Positions 51,901 to 61,022 of a DNA stretch of 64,000 bases are shown here, one piece after another. The stretch comes from Eledone cirrhosa (Eukaryota). The stretch is from the NCBI GenBank assembly GCA_964016885.1, contig OZ024743.1:100316001-100380000 (forward strand). The letters are read 5' to 3'. The notes under the pieces are model-generated. The model was not told the DNA's origin. It was given only the letters and a program-made list of their open reading frames with translations, and did not search any database. Position numbers and translations under genes: made by a program. Position 1 is the stretch's first letter; each line of letters begins with the position of its first letter.

Positions 51901-52502
51901 GCAGACAGCCAGACATACAGACAGATATTATAAGGGCGCGACGTTATAGCTATGTATCTATCTAAAAAGACAGGCTAAGAAAGAGAGATTGCTAACCGGA
52001 AGTGTTGACATTTGAAAATTTTAAAGGAGTGAATATTTAAATAAACAATAAAATATCTTTAATCTTTTAACGAAATTTAGATGACAAAAATACCCTCACT
52101 TTCTTACTTGGAAAAAGTTACATCTATGGTGCAAATTTGGTGCTGTTTGGTCCAGCTGTTTGGCAAAAAGTTTGTTACATACATACGGCCGTCAGCTTTA
52201 TAATATAGATATGATATTGTTTTTAACACATAAATATCATAAATGTTCCTTATTTTTCAGATGGTGTTCCTGTTATTCTAAGTGCTAACATTGATGGCTA
52301 TATTCCACTGAAATTTGAATCCAATTCCACACTGTTCATTAGTGGCATTTCATCTCCAGCTCAGGACGATAGCATATCAATATCATCGTTGGCATCATCT
52401 GCTGTCATTCCTCAGAGCCCAGTTCATGAGAAAGCTCCAACAACAGACTTATCAGTCACTGGGGCTCTGACTTCCAACAAAGAGAAGGCTACACCATGTT
52501 AA
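176..52502 (+). CDS. WDCP: WD repeat and coiled-coil containing protein (WDCP/C2orf44 homologue), 14 coding exons in window, 5' part missing
   Basis: Join 176-336,10141-10255,10886-10958,14810-14877,18110-18222,23049-23158,23384-23506,25167-25265,35317-35506,43862-44391,44814-44860,45988-46046,50694-50825,52261-52502 is open and phase-consistent with AG acceptors and GT (one GC) donors. Motifs LPQGCLW, GRISCGSWSEDGLKLVV, AEVPLE, GIISPDLL, RPKGVC, LLDHGRL..VKQSFGL, ILSANIDGYIPLKF parallel recalled human WDCP (LPQGCVW, GRIHCACWTQDGLRLVV, TELPLD, GILVPDLI, RPKGIC, LLCDGKL..VQQTFGL, LLSADSEGFIPLTF). Confidence 0.92.
1848..2068 (+). mobile_element. TTAA-flanked MITE (piggyBac-like ends), family A
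   Basis: TTAA|CCCTTTAGCATTTA ... TAAATGCTAATGGG|TTAA; copies at 8755, 38070, ~54352. Confidence 0.75.
2700..3990 (-). mobile_element. Degenerate, internally deleted RTE LINE (APE endonuclease + 3' end)
   Basis: Minus ORF 3390-3866 with GVGILL, AGDLNGHV, GYGYGSR APE motifs, homologous to 39840-40400; 3'-end similarity at ~2700-3130. Confidence 0.8.
4712..7300. repeat. Compound triplet minisatellite CTC(TCY)n(ACC)n
   Basis: Units such as ctctcttcctccaccaccaccacc repeated over ~2.6 kb; nearly G-free on the + strand. Confidence 0.95.
7383..7903. repeat. 20-bp tandem repeat GTATGCATACATGTGTRTAT
   Basis: Visible periodicity; alternating purine/pyrimidine with palindromic core ATGTATGCATACAT. Confidence 0.95.
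8388..8571 (+). mobile_element. tRNA-derived SINE (family 1)
   Basis: A-box TGGCAGTATCAG, B-box GTTCAAATTCC, conserved body GACTTTGCCTTTCATCC..GGGGTCGATAAAATAAAGTACCAG; near-identical to 47446-47629. Confidence 0.85.
8755..8978 (-). mobile_element. TTAA-flanked MITE family A (reverse copy)
   Basis: Reverse complement of 1848-2068, TTAA on both sides. Confidence 0.75.
10141..10255 (+). CDS. WDCP: WDCP exon 2 in window: GCLWNPHREILCILS...PPLE
   Basis: tctctttcag acceptor, AG|GTAAA donor; completes LPQG-C-x-W motif. Confidence 0.9.
10886..10958 (+). CDS. WDCP: WDCP exon 3: SGRISCGSWSEDGLKLVVCFGSAIL
   Basis: cttctaatag acceptor, TTG|GTAAGT donor; WD-like WSxDG motif. Confidence 0.92.
11500..12010 (-). 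mobile_element. Degenerate 3' fragment of an RTE-like LINE
   Basis: Minus frames give KTKLFNSMFMPTLTYSHESW and PTGRRPRGKP, typical of the RTE ORF C-terminus. Confidence 0.65.
13735..14200 (-). mobile_element. RTE 3' end with long 3' UTR and (TGA)n tail
   Basis: Reverse-complement match to 21210-21817 (INSDLT.LHLSKTMSLDRDLWR + UTR). Confidence 0.85.
14599..14700. repeat. Foldback made of two inverted hammerhead/pLTR-like fragments
   Basis: TATAGAAATTACTTCTACAGGACTAGAACTG..CAGTTCTAGTCCTGTAGAAGTCATTTCTATA; arm also seen at 39385-39418. Confidence 0.65.
14810..14877 (+). CDS. WDCP: WDCP exon 4: IYTWRSVDGAISEFDTNVWKIP
   Basis: ttttttccag acceptor, GA|GTAAGT donor; phases 0/2 fit neighbours. Confidence 0.88.
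15013..15227 (+). mobile_element. TTAA-flanked MITE family C (TTAACTCTTAAYATCCTGTACCA ends)
   Basis: Terminal inverted repeat ttaactcttaatatcctgta...tacaggatgttataggttaa; related copies at ~10040-10114, 23534-23827, 44401-44560. Confidence 0.65.
15451..15617 (-). mobile_element. tRNA-headed SINE with CORE-like domain (family 2), 5' part
   Basis: Minus strand: GGCTTAGTGGTTAGAGC (A box), GTTCAATTC (B box), TTGAGCAAGACACTT CORE-like segment; same as 59660-59818. Confidence 0.8.
18110..18222 (+). CDS. WDCP: WDCP exon 5: LNSTITAITSMQ...AEVPLESLC...VVP (GC donor)
   Basis: tatttctag acceptor; donor CAG|GCAAGT; phase 1 matches the next exon. Confidence 0.85.
18420..18777 (+). mobile_element. SINE-like element with TTAGGAAGGGCATCCAGCTGTAGAAAC motif and RTE-type tail
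   Basis: Ends in AACCCATGCTAGCATGGAA..GGACGTAAAACG(TGA)n, the tail shared across the window. Confidence 0.7.
18962..20410. repeat. GTA-based 21/24-bp minisatellite
   Basis: Units gtagtgtagg(c/t)agtagtaga(ggt)t over ~1.45 kb. Confidence 0.95.
20862..21817 (+). mobile_element. 5'-truncated RTE LINE (ORF C-terminus + 3' UTR + (TGA)n)
   Basis: KGRLYDACIRTAMLHGSETW, RRLRWYGHVMRM, GRPRKTW; homologous to 42260-42680. Confidence 0.9.
21833..21911. mobile_element. 79-bp Tc1/mariner-type MITE
   Basis: TA|CAGGGTGTC...GACACCCTG|TA, extended imperfect TIRs (AAAAA.GTATACA / TGTATAC.TTTT). Confidence 0.75.
21970..22563. repeat. 21/24-bp minisatellite TATGATAAAGATATAACA(TA)GTAA
   Basis: Visible tandem periodicity. 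Confidence 0.95.
22738..22966 (+). mobile_element. tRNA-derived SINE (family 1)
   Basis: GGTGGATTGGCAG..GTAGAG, GAGTTCAAATTCC, CCTTTCATCC..GGTCGATAAAAT, GCTGGCCTTGTGCC. Confidence 0.8.
23049..23158 (+). CDS. WDCP: WDCP exon 6: EADKVNSC...KRTSD
   Basis: ctttctttccattgcag acceptor, GAT|GTAAAT donor; bridges phase 1 to phase 0; low-conservation linker. Confidence 0.75.
23384..23506 (+). CDS. WDCP: WDCP exon 7: CEIDNPSQVVVI...GIISPDLLHFQ
   Basis: tattttcag acceptor, CAG|GTTTGT donor; 41 codons. Confidence 0.9.
24438..24996. repeat. 18-bp minisatellite (GAGGRCATCCTCATTAGN) inside a SINE
   Basis: About 31 units; followed directly by the SINE 3' body and RTE tail (24997-25130). Confidence 0.92.
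25167..25265 (+). CDS. WDCP: WDCP exon 8: ALKQVLIIGSNLQ...KLANV
   Basis: ttttttccag acceptor, GTG|GTAGGT donor; 33 codons; resembles VVAVASN segment. Confidence 0.88.
25605..25640 (-). ncRNA. Minimal type I hammerhead ribozyme motif (degenerate)
   Basis: Minus strand TCTT-CTGATGA-A-AGAC TAGC GTCT-GAAAC-ATT-AAGA. Confidence 0.55.
25943..35310. repeat. 33-bp satellite array (~280 units) TTGTTAATCAAGCCTCTGTTGGTGATCTCTTGC
   Basis: Visible periodicity (11-aa repeats in the ORF track); 3886-bp higher-order duplication. Confidence 0.97.
35317..35506 (+). CDS. WDCP: WDCP exon 9: ELEAHSRPKGVC...LIMLGK...LDNSK
   Basis: ctctttgtag acceptor at the end of the 33-bp array, A|GTAAGT donor; RPKG motif. 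Confidence 0.92.
35960..36267 (+). mobile_element. Degenerate C-terminal REL endonuclease fragment of a CRE-like non-LTR retroelement
   Basis: K..KY..L....FFQPVALKMFGGTG, then (frameshifted) WFFHCLSLTITCSNAASML, resembling P.A.E..G..G and F.QRLS.AIQRGNAA of CRE-clade elements. Confidence 0.55.
36575..36822. repeat. Four tandem copies of a SINE/RTE tail with variable (CAT)n
   Basis: tcaaattgtgttgat(cat)n tgtt..ccatgctagcatgggtcagacta repeated. Confidence 0.85.
38070..38592 (+). mobile_element. TTAA MITE family A interrupted by a hAT-type MITE
   Basis: TTAA|CCCTTTAGCATTTA ... TAAATGCTAAAGGG|TTAA with a ~293-bp insert. Confidence 0.8.
38097..38389. mobile_element. hAT (Charlie-like) MITE
   Basis: TIR CAGTGGTTCCCGAAC / GTTTGGGAACCACTG; imperfect 8-bp TSD ctctatac/gtctatat. 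Confidence 0.8.
39599..39647 (-). ncRNA. Type I hammerhead ribozyme motif in a short (TA)n-flanked element (~39554-39797)
   Basis: Minus strand GCT-CTGATGA-ATCCTACG GTTACA CGTAAGCAA-GAAAC-ATT-GTT-AGC. Confidence 0.7.
39838..42730 (+). mobile_element. RTE-clade LINE, 5'-truncated, degenerate (APE + RT + PHD insert), (TGA)n tail
   Basis: APE (GVGIFL, SAYAPQ, DFNGHVG, SQIDFLL); RT (KGKGD, NYRGIKL, QFGFVPGKST, AFVDLEKAFDRVP, LLYVDDLVL, GLRVNLAKTK); stops/frameshifts near 39933, 40380, 40525, 41635-41670. Confidence 0.95.
42978..43298. repeat. Five tandem 64-bp copies of a TTAA-MITE terminus
   Basis: aaaatgggtggttttatttcatagaaccagagctggttttggccaggttggtaactaaagggtt x5, closing an element that starts TTAACCCTTT at ~42812. 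Confidence 0.9.
43862..44391 (+). CDS. WDCP: WDCP exon 10: Ser-rich disordered region ...KSIIEVV...LENKLQFQ
   Basis: ttttctaatttcag acceptor, CAG|GTAAGT donor; 530 nt open in the expected phase. Confidence 0.88.
44814..44860 (+). CDS. WDCP: WDCP exon 11: coiled coil NNQIAELEKKIEELK
   Basis: cttttatag acceptor, AG|GTTATA donor; heptad pattern. Confidence 0.82.
45988..46046 (+). CDS. WDCP: WDCP exon 12: REIDESSCIFPTKYQPLKAP
   Basis: atttcag acceptor, CAG|GTAAGT donor; phase 2/1. Confidence 0.83.
46771..46903. repeat. AT-rich foldback (inverted repeat)
   Basis: TATATGAAAGACGTAAAATAAGAA...TTCTTATTTTACGTCTTTCATATA with inner arms AAAATTAAAAATTAACTTACTAAAAT / ATTTTAGTAAGTTAATTTTTAATTTT. Confidence 0.9.
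46971..47104 (-). ncRNA. Type I hammerhead ribozyme with extended stem II in the PLE 3' region
   Basis: Minus strand CATCATTT-CTGAAGA-[~100-nt imperfect hairpin]-GAAAC-GATC-GTA-AAATGATG: 8-bp stem I, palindromic loop III, GUA cleavage triplet. Confidence 0.8.
47130..47445. repeat. Apparently perfect 106-bp inverted repeat with ~104-bp spacer
   Basis: 47130-47235 is the reverse complement of 47340-47445. Confidence 0.92.
47446..47629 (+). mobile_element. tRNA-derived SINE (family 1) inserted in the PLE 3' region
   Basis: Intact A box TGGCAGTATCGG and B box GTTCAAATCC; near-identical to 8388-8571. Confidence 0.88.
50231..50580 (-). mobile_element. RTE 3' UTR fragment (same family as 13735-14200)
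   Basis: Near-identical to 13735-14080. Confidence 0.85.
50694..50825 (+). CDS. WDCP: WDCP exon 13: ETINVIHV...KRTFLLDHGRLHMESVKQSFGLNTIELYI
   Basis: cttttcag acceptor, G|GTAAAT donor; matches the WDCP C-terminal domain. Confidence 0.92.
51045..52209 (-). mobile_element. Non-autonomous Helitron(s)
   Basis: Minus strand starts A|TCTATATTATAAAG (52209) and ends with hairpin AAACCACCC-GA-GGGGTGGTTT..CTAG|T (51045); a second TC-type 5' end near 51525 and internal duplications. Confidence 0.7.
52261..52502 (+). CDS. WDCP: WDCP terminal coding exon: DGVPVILSANIDGYIPLKF...TPC*
   Basis: tatttttcag acceptor; TAA at 52500-52502. Confidence 0.9.
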
Positions 52503-52741
52503 TATTATCATCATCTTTTTGTTTTTGTATGTCTTATAATGATTATGGGAAGTCAGCCAGTTTCTAAGAACTGTATTATTATTTGTTAGCTATCACTACA
52601 CTTTGAAACTGCACAGTTTACGTTGACTACAACCACATCAATTTCCCCAACACTATTGTATGTGTGTGTGAGTTTGTATGTTTTAACAAATCGGTGTGTT
52701 GTTATAGATTTTGTCCTTCTAATTTGTTAATGAAAACACAA

Positions 52742-52747
52742 AATAAA
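52742..52747 (+). terminator. Candidate polyadenylation signal of WDCP
   Basis: First AATAAA I noticed, ~240 nt after the stop; the region is AT-rich so chance occurrence is possible. Confidence 0.3.
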
Positions 52748-52799
52748 AAGCTATAAAAATAAGTAAAATAAAAGAGTTGTTTTCTTAATTCTGTTCTTA

Positions 52800-53275
52800 A
52801 CAAAATAATTCCCTCTCCAAGCAAAAGGTAGATTGTATGATGATTGTGTGTGTAATGCAATACTGCATAGTAGTAAGGTGTGGGAATTGAATGCAGAGAA
52901 TGTGCAAAGGCTGGGAAGAAATGAAGCAAGCAATCTCTTCTGGATGTATAAATGATGAAGCATAAATGAGTTGAGAGAAAAAATGGATATGAGAGGAACG
53001 AGGTGTAGTATGGAAGAGAAAAGACTGAGTTTGTAGATAAATGTAATGATGATGGAGGATGATATGTGGATAAAGAAGTGAAAGGAAACCATGGGAAAGG
53101 AAAACCAAGGAAGACAGGCAAAAATAGGGAAAGTTCATTTCAGGATGCTGAATTTTGTAAAGGAGATGACAAAGGAACGCAACATATTGTGAAATGCAAT
53201 GGTGAAGAAAACTCATCCTAACTATGTAAGCATGGATTTTTAAAAATAGACATAAAGAATGGTGATGATGATGAT
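52800..53275 (+). mobile_element. Highly degenerate RTE 3' fragment with (TGA)n tail
   Basis: Nucleotide similarity to 42240-42730 (aaaggtagattgtatgatg, gaaatgaagcaagca, accaaggaagaca, tail). Confidence 0.65.
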
Positions 53276-54351
53276 GGCTCTTCCAGAACCAATACAGAAT
53301 CATTAGAGCAGGGGTTCTGCCCCCACCTCACAGTTACGTAATAGCCCCCTCCCCCAACCCTATTTCCCGAGAGACCTCCCTACATGCAAACTGTAAACGA
53401 TATATAATAAATAAAATTGTTAATTTATTTATGCTAAATAATATATACTATGTATAAATAAATGTAGTTGGTGTTAGGAAGGGCATCCTCTCTGGTCGGT
53501 GTTAGGAAGGACACTACTTTGAGAACCTCTGTATTAGAGCATTGGATAAAATACCATGTGTCATTTATTCCACCACCTTACATTCTGAGTTCAAATCCTG
53601 CCGAAGTGAACTTTGCTTTTATTCTTGTGGGGGTCATCAGTAATTGAAGTCCCACTCCATGGTTGTACTAGCAGTTACATCAGAATATTAGACAGGCTGT
53701 CTTGCAGTATTTGTGATGGATTTTTGTAGTCTGAGATGAGATTTTGTTGTAGCACACTTTAAATGGTTGTCCAGTTTAACATCACCACCTCACCCTTGAG
53801 TGCATTTATAAAAGTCTACTCTATTTCAAGTATGGCTAGGTCTCCAGTTTGAAGATATCTTCCTCCTTCCCTCTCTTCAACCAGTTTCAGAGGTCCTGAA
53901 AAGGGTGAGGGGCTCTGCCCTTCCTCCTGACTCACCAATTAAAAAAATAGCAGAATATCTATGAGCCAGTGGTTGTAGTATTTTGAAGCATGTGACTGCT
54001 GGCTTTTCCTTGTGGACAATGCAGTTTAGGACCAATGGTTTCCAATGCATCTGTGACCTTGTTACCCTTTCTCTCTATGGTTCAGGTATTCAAAACCCTT
54101 ATTTTACTCCAATAGATAAAATAAAAGCCCCAGAGAAAAAAGTATGACCTTTGAATATTTTCTGAATCTCTCCGCACTCTTGTTTTGGGGAAAACAGACA
54201 TTGATAGTTTCAGTCAATTGAATTATTTAAATTTAGAATCTTGTGACACCCTTAACTATTGTCTATAACACTCTGGGATGTTTATACCATAGCAAGAACA
54301 CTACTCTAGTCACATGTCTATGTGCATGCACAATATTTTTGTTTAACCATA

Positions 54352-54567
54352 ACCCTTTAGCATTTATATTACTCTATATATACTATTGTATTTTTGTGAT
54401 AAAGGCTTTACCTCACATAATTATCAAACAAAATATCAAATCTATGAGATTTCGATGTTATTTATTTTGAGAACAATACCTTAACATCAGTATGAGTGGC
54501 CAGTAACAGCCAGAAAGGATTGAGAGAATACTGCCGGATACAGCTGGTTTAAATGCAAAAAGGTTAA
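54352..54567 (+). mobile_element. TTAA MITE family A
   Basis: ccctttagcattta ... gtttaaatgcaaaaaggttaa, homologous to 1848-2068. Confidence 0.7.
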
Positions 54568-56871
54568 ATCAACCCTCATCAAGCAGACCTATGACCAAAT
54601 GTACTTCAGTCTTGACCATCCAATCTTTTTAACATAGAACAATATTATTTATTATGTCCTTCACTTTTTTAAAACTGTAAGGTGTAATTTGTGTGGGGGA
54701 TTAGCTGCTATTTCTAGCAGGTTAAATGACAACTACACCAAGGCTCCTTAATTTGCTGATGTGCGCTTATTTGTTAATTTTGGAGCATAATTGTGTGCGT
54801 GTGTTTGTATACAAGTGAAACGACAATCTTAAGTACTCTTTAAAAACTTTTATTATAACTATCAATTTAATTTTTATTTTTTAACTGAAAATAATTTATT
54901 TTAAAAGACTTGTCAAAAGAAATCTACAGGCACAAGATCAAACCATGTTTAATCAACCTTTTTAATATTCAAACCCTTGAAACTACCCCTAGTTCTATTT
55001 TACAGTTTATATTTCTCTAACAACCTTCCATCATAATTTCATGTAAGAACATTTAACCCTTTTGATACCAAATTGCCTGAAACTACCTCTGGTTCTAGGA
55101 TACACAACTTTATTTTAAAGTGTTTATATTTATCTCAAAACTTTCCACCGTAATATTAAGTAAAAACCTTTGTTAAGTTATTTTCCAAACACCAGCTTAA
55201 TATTGAAAAAATTTGTTATTATTACTAAATCCCTCCAAATTTGTGATTTCTTGCAAACTTATTTGAAAACCATAGGCAGTGTTTTTCATTAGAATTATGG
55301 TAACAAAAGAGTTGAGAAGTGTTTTTAATTAAAAAGTTAGTCCTCGTTATATTTCCTTTGAATTTGAACTATATATGGGGGGAGGGGGGGCTAAGTAGCA
55401 AATCAACTTGGAATCACGATACTGTGTTATGAGTAACTCCAATACAGGATTGCTTTTTATTCCCATGAGGTATTAGAAACAGTAACAGTGCTGTCGGTAG
55501 CTAGTAGTAACTGATTGTCAATGGACACTAAACAGTGCGTCACTTTAGGTTGTCTTAGAAAACCAACCTCTCAACAATTTCAAAAACAATTAAATATTCT
55601 TAATAAAATGACTTTACAAAAAATGGAGCATTAGATAAAAATAAGGTAATAGAGATGATGATTTAATCAGCTGGAAATTTGCCACCAACTATCCAAATTA
55701 TTGAGAAAAATGAGCTTTTAATACTTTTGTTACTATATTTCTAATGAAATATACTGTTGTGTTTCAATTAATTTTGAAATTAGAGCCATACAATCGCGAA
55801 CTGAACACTCTAACCATTAAAGCACATACATTCATATACATATATATATATATGTGTGTGTGTATATATATATATATACATATGTAAATATATATATATA
55901 AATGTATGTATATATATGTGTATATATATGTGTATGTATGTATATATATATTGTGTATGTATGTATATATATGTATGTGTATATATATATATGTATATAT
56001 ATATCATCTTTATCATCATCATCATCGGTTAACATCCGCTTTCCCTGCTAGCAAAGGTTGGACAGGTCTACAAGTCAGTACTGAAATGGGGCTACTGACC
56101 TCTTAGACAGGCTGAGGAGTCTACAAGACAGTACTGAAATGGGACTACTGACCTCTTAGACAGGCTGAGGGGTCTATATCCTGCTTACATCATGTTGAAT
56201 GCATAGGAGAAGTTGTGTCTTTTGACACAAACTGAAGGGTCCTAAAACTAAACAAGGCAAGATTTCTATGACTGTATACCCTTCCTAATACCAACCACTT
56301 TGCAGCATGTACTGGCTGCTTTTTTGTGTAAATCACCAACACTAGAGAGGCTGTCATATCCTTGACACAACTAAAGGGTCTTCCCAACTCTTTGTTTGGC
56401 AGGCTTTCTAAGGTTGGATGCCCTTCCTAACACCAACCACTTTACAGTGTGGACTGGGTCTGTTTATCATGTAGATCACCAACACTAGTATACCTTACAG
56501 AATTTCAGCGCAACCCTTACTGATATATCAACCTCTGCCATTTCCATGATGGTATTCCCCTCCTGTCCTCTTTCCTACTTAACACTTCCGTCTTTGCTAA
56601 GTTTACTTTGAGGCCTTTCAACTCTAGGTTCTTTTTCCATGTTTGAAATTTTGTCTCTAACTCTTCTATGCTGTTCCATATATATAAAATTTATGTGCAT
56701 GTTTCTGCATGGCTTTCTGCTTTGGTAAATATAAGTATTGTATTTAGATATTAAATCATGTGAAACCATTTTGCTGGTTTGAGAGCTGATGAGGGTGAAG
56801 ATGTGTGTCTTTCTTTATTTCCTTCTTCCAGCCAACATACTTCTTGTCCTCTTTCAATCTTTTCTATATTT

Positions 56872-58642
56872 CATCTGCCTGTCACCTATCTTGTGGATTG
56901 TCTCTCTGTTGACCACTGGTCCCTGTCCTCTGAGACATATATCATCTGCCTGTCACCCACCTTGTGGATTGTCTCTCTCTTGACCACTGACTGCTGGTCT
57001 CTGTCCTCTGAGACATATATCATCTGCCTGTCACCCACCTTGTGGATTGTCTCTCTCTTGACCACTATGCACTGGTCTCTGTCCTCTGAGACATATATCA
57101 TCTGCCTGTCACCCACCTTGTGGATTGTCTCTCTCTCTTGACCACTGACTGCTGGTCCCTGTCCGCTGAGACATATATCATCTGCCTGTCACCCACCTTG
57201 TGGATTGTCTCTCTCTTGACCACTGACTGCTGGTCTCTGTCCTCTGAGACATATATCATCTGCCTGTCACCCACCTTGTGGATTGTCTCTCTTTTGACCA
57301 CTGACTGCTGGTCTCTGTTCTCTGAGACATATATCATCTGCCTGTCACCCACCTTGTGGATTGTCTCTCTCTCTTGACCACTGACTGCTGGTCCCTGTCC
57401 GCTGAGACATACATCATCTGCCTGTCACCCACCTTGTGGATTGTCTCTCTCTTGACCACTGACTGCTGGTCTCTGTCCTCTGAGACATATATCATCTGCC
57501 TGTCACCCACCTTGTGGATTGTCTCTCTCTTGACCACTGACTGCTGGTCTCTGTCCTCTGAGACATATATCATCTGCCTGTCACCCACCTTGTGGATTGT
57601 CACTCTGTTGACCACTGGTCTCTGTCCTCTGAGACATATATCATCTGCCTGTCACCCACCTTGTGGATTGTCTCTCTTTTGACCACTGACTGCTGGTCTC
57701 TGTCCTCTGAGACATATATCATCTGCCTGTCACCCACCTTGTGGATTGTCGCTCTCTTGACCACTATGCACTGGTCTCTGTCCACTGAGACATATATCAT
57801 CTGCCTGTCACCCACCTTGTGGATTGTCTCTCTCTTGACCACTGACTGCTGGTCTCTGTCCTCTGAGACATATATCATCTGCCTGTCACCCACCTTGTGG
57901 ATTGTCTCTCTTTTGACCACTGACTGCTGGTCTCTGTCCTCTGAGACATATATCATCTGCCTGTCACCCACCTTGTGGATTGTCTCTCTCTCTTGACCAC
58001 TGACTGCTGGTCCCTGTCCGCTGAGACATATATCATCTGCCTGTCACCCACCTTGTGGATTGTCTCTCTCTTGACCACTGACTGCTGGTCTCTGTCCTCT
58101 GAGATATATATCATCTGCCTGTCACCCACCTTGTGGATTGTCTCTCTCTTGACCACTGACTGCTGGTCCCTGTCCGCTGAGACATATATCATCTGCCTGT
58201 CACCCACCTTGTGGATTGTCTCTCTCTTGACCACTGACTGCTGGTCTCTGTCCTCTGAGACATATATCATCTGCCTGTCACCCACCTTGTGGATTGTCTC
58301 TCTTTTGACCACTGACTGCTGGTCTCTGTCCTCTGAGACATATATCATCTGCCTGTCACCCACCTTGTGGATTTCTCTCTCTTGACCACTGACTGCTGGT
58401 CTCTGTCCACTGAGACATATATCATCTGCCTGTCACCCACCTTGTGGATTGTCTCTCTCTTGACCACTGACTGCTGGTCTCTGTCCACTGAGACATATAT
58501 CATGTCACCCACCTTGTGGATTGTCTCTCTGTTGACCACTAGCCACTGGTCCCTGTCCTCTGAGACATATATCATCTGCCTGTCACCCACCTTGTGGATT
58601 GTCTCTCTCTTGACCACTATGCACTGGTCTCTGTCCTCTGAG
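56872..58642. repeat. 78-bp minisatellite (~22 units)
   Basis: tgagacatatatcatctgcctgtcacccaccttgtggattgtctctctcttgaccactgactgctggtctctgtcctc; 26-aa periodicity in the ORF track. Confidence 0.96.
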
Positions 58643-59497
58643 GCATATTTGCCCATCGCTGTTTTTGACAGCATTTAGCTGTTTTAATGGCTGTTCTAGT
58701 GATGAGTTTTCTCGTTTTTATATGTATTTAGATATTAAAGTAAATATACTACAAAATCAAATAGTTCATTGTAAGTTTGTATCATTCTCCCACTACAGAA
58801 GACATTTTGCCTCTTCATTGTAAAGGATTTGCAAAAAATGTATTCTCTTAGAATAGAGGCTATAGAGTATCTGAGAGTCAGCAGAGAAAACTGTTTTATT
58901 CAAACATTGGTTTGAGTTTCATTGAAGATTCTGTGCTAGGCTGTTTTAATCCTACCTCTGCTTATTATGGGCACATATCCCATCTTTGTTAAATTAAGTC
59001 TAGGGTAGAGAACAAACAGTGTAAATTACAAGATGAAGCATATTGAGGCAAGTTCGTATCATTTGCATGTCAAAAACGTAGTTTTCCCTCTTCATATATT
59101 TATATACATTGATAGATATATTATACAAACTAGCATAAAACTCCTTAGAAGATGGTTTGTCTGCTAGTATATTATATGTGTGTGTGCATACATAAGTGCT
59201 GAAGAGACTATAACAGAAATTGAAAATTGTTTTGATTCTGGATAATGGCCATTTTAACTGTTGTAAATATCAGTGAACAGAAATGTTGAAAGTCGGCATT
59301 TTCTTTGAAATGGATAATAAAATGAAATATTACAGAACACAATTGAAAAATATTCATTTTATTGTGATGAAATATATTTTATTTTACACACACATGCCCA
59401 CACATACATGCATGCAAATACCAATAAAGCACGGATGTATGTATGCATATATGTATGTGTATATGTGTGTGTATATATATATATATGTGTCATCATT

Positions 59498-59818
59498 TCA
59501 TTTTACGTCCACTTTTTCCCTGCTTGCAAGGGTGGGACGGGAACTGATTCTGGCTTGATTTCTACAGCTGGATGCCCTTCCTAACACCAACCTCATTTAC
59601 AGTGAGTGCTGGGTGCATTTTTTCAGTGGCACCTCCACGACCACTTTACAGTGGAATGATAGGGACCCCAGTCCTATCATCTCATTTCTGCAGCTGAGTA
59701 AACTGGAACAATGTGAAATAAAGTGTCTTGCTCAAGGAAATAACACATCACCCGGTCTGAGAATTGAACTCACAACCTTTCAATTGCAAGGCCAATGCTC
59801 TAACCACTAAGCCATGTG
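59498..59818 (-). mobile_element. Complete SINE (family 2): tRNA head + CORE-like + TTAGGAAGGGCATCC motif + RTE tail
   Basis: Tail CCCGTCCCACCCTTGCAAGCAGGGAAAAAGTGGACGTAAAATGA matches the LINE end at 42681-42723. Confidence 0.85.
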
Positions 59819-59911
59819 TTTGTATGTATATATATGTATGTTTATATATATATGTGTGTGTATGTATGTTTATATGTGTATGTGTATATATGTATATATA
59901 TATATACTGTA

Positions 59912-60905
59912 TCATAATCTATAAAGCTCAGTGTGTGGTCAAGCTCCTTTCTTATAGAAATCTACGATATAGAATTTCTTCAATTGAAATTTACAATTCA
60001 GTATTCGAAATAGTTTCGATTGCGTCTTGGCACATCTGATTTTTTCAATTTCACCCACAATTAAGCAAAAAATAGATAAAACTCAATATTTTACGATTTT
60101 TCTCTGTCATTTAAACTGCTAAACTCTTTCCACTACCATTCAAAATCTATACAACTTCATACTCTCTGCTACTTTCTCTTTCCAAGCTTGATTGTGATAC
60201 TGTCCGTTTCAAAAGCAACAGATACATTTATTCAACAAGCGATAAATATTTTTTAAAACCTCTTTTCCAAACGTATACAAACACACACTCACTTCAACAA
60301 CAACAACAACAATCTGCCTTTTATGGATAATGATAAACAATAATATCCTCTATGAGGTCACTAAACCTGCTAGAAACAGCAGCTAACTCTCCCCCATATC
60401 ACACCCCTCAATACTGTCTTAAATTTAGAAAACATATCTTCTATGAGGTCACTAAACCTGCTAGAAACAGCAGCTAACTCTCCTCCATATCACACCACTC
60501 CCTACTGTCTTAAATTTAGAAAACATATCCTCTATGAGGTCACTAAACCTGCTAGAAACAACAGCTAACTCTCCCTCATATCACAACCCTCCCTACTGTC
60601 TTAAATTTAGAAAACACACAGACAACCATGCAGAACAACTCCATCGCAGCTCTGTTGTTCGGCTGGCATCGTCTACGCGCGTGTTGCGCAAGTACTGTGA
60701 AACAATAAATTTCAACACTTTTTTGCACAGAGATAATATCCATAGGCGAAACTACAATTGTCACTGCTGGCGCAGCTCCTGCTTCCAGGTCTGCAATTTC
60801 ATTCACCCAGTGCCTAGCAGACAAAAAAGTGCTGCCATAAAATGGGTGGTGCAACCTAACTTTGGTAACTTAATGACCCTGAGCAACGCCGGGCTTTAAT
60901 GCTAG
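59912..60905 (+). mobile_element. Non-autonomous Helitron containing a ~92-bp x3 tandem repeat (60345-60615)
   Basis: Starts A|TCATAATCTATAAAG, ends CCCTGAGCAACGCCGGG..GCTAG|T. Confidence 0.65.
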
Positions 60906-61022
60906 TATATATATAAATGAAAAGTATAGAAATTATTGTAGCAAGAAGCCAACAGTATTCCATAATATATATATATATATATATATAAATGTATATATAT
61001 ATATGTTTTTTTTTTTTTCATT

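Noticed and set aside
56872-58642. 26-aa repeat protein (LRR-like) or CRISPR array
   Set aside because: Frameshifting (CT)n variation between units and no spacers; simple minisatellite
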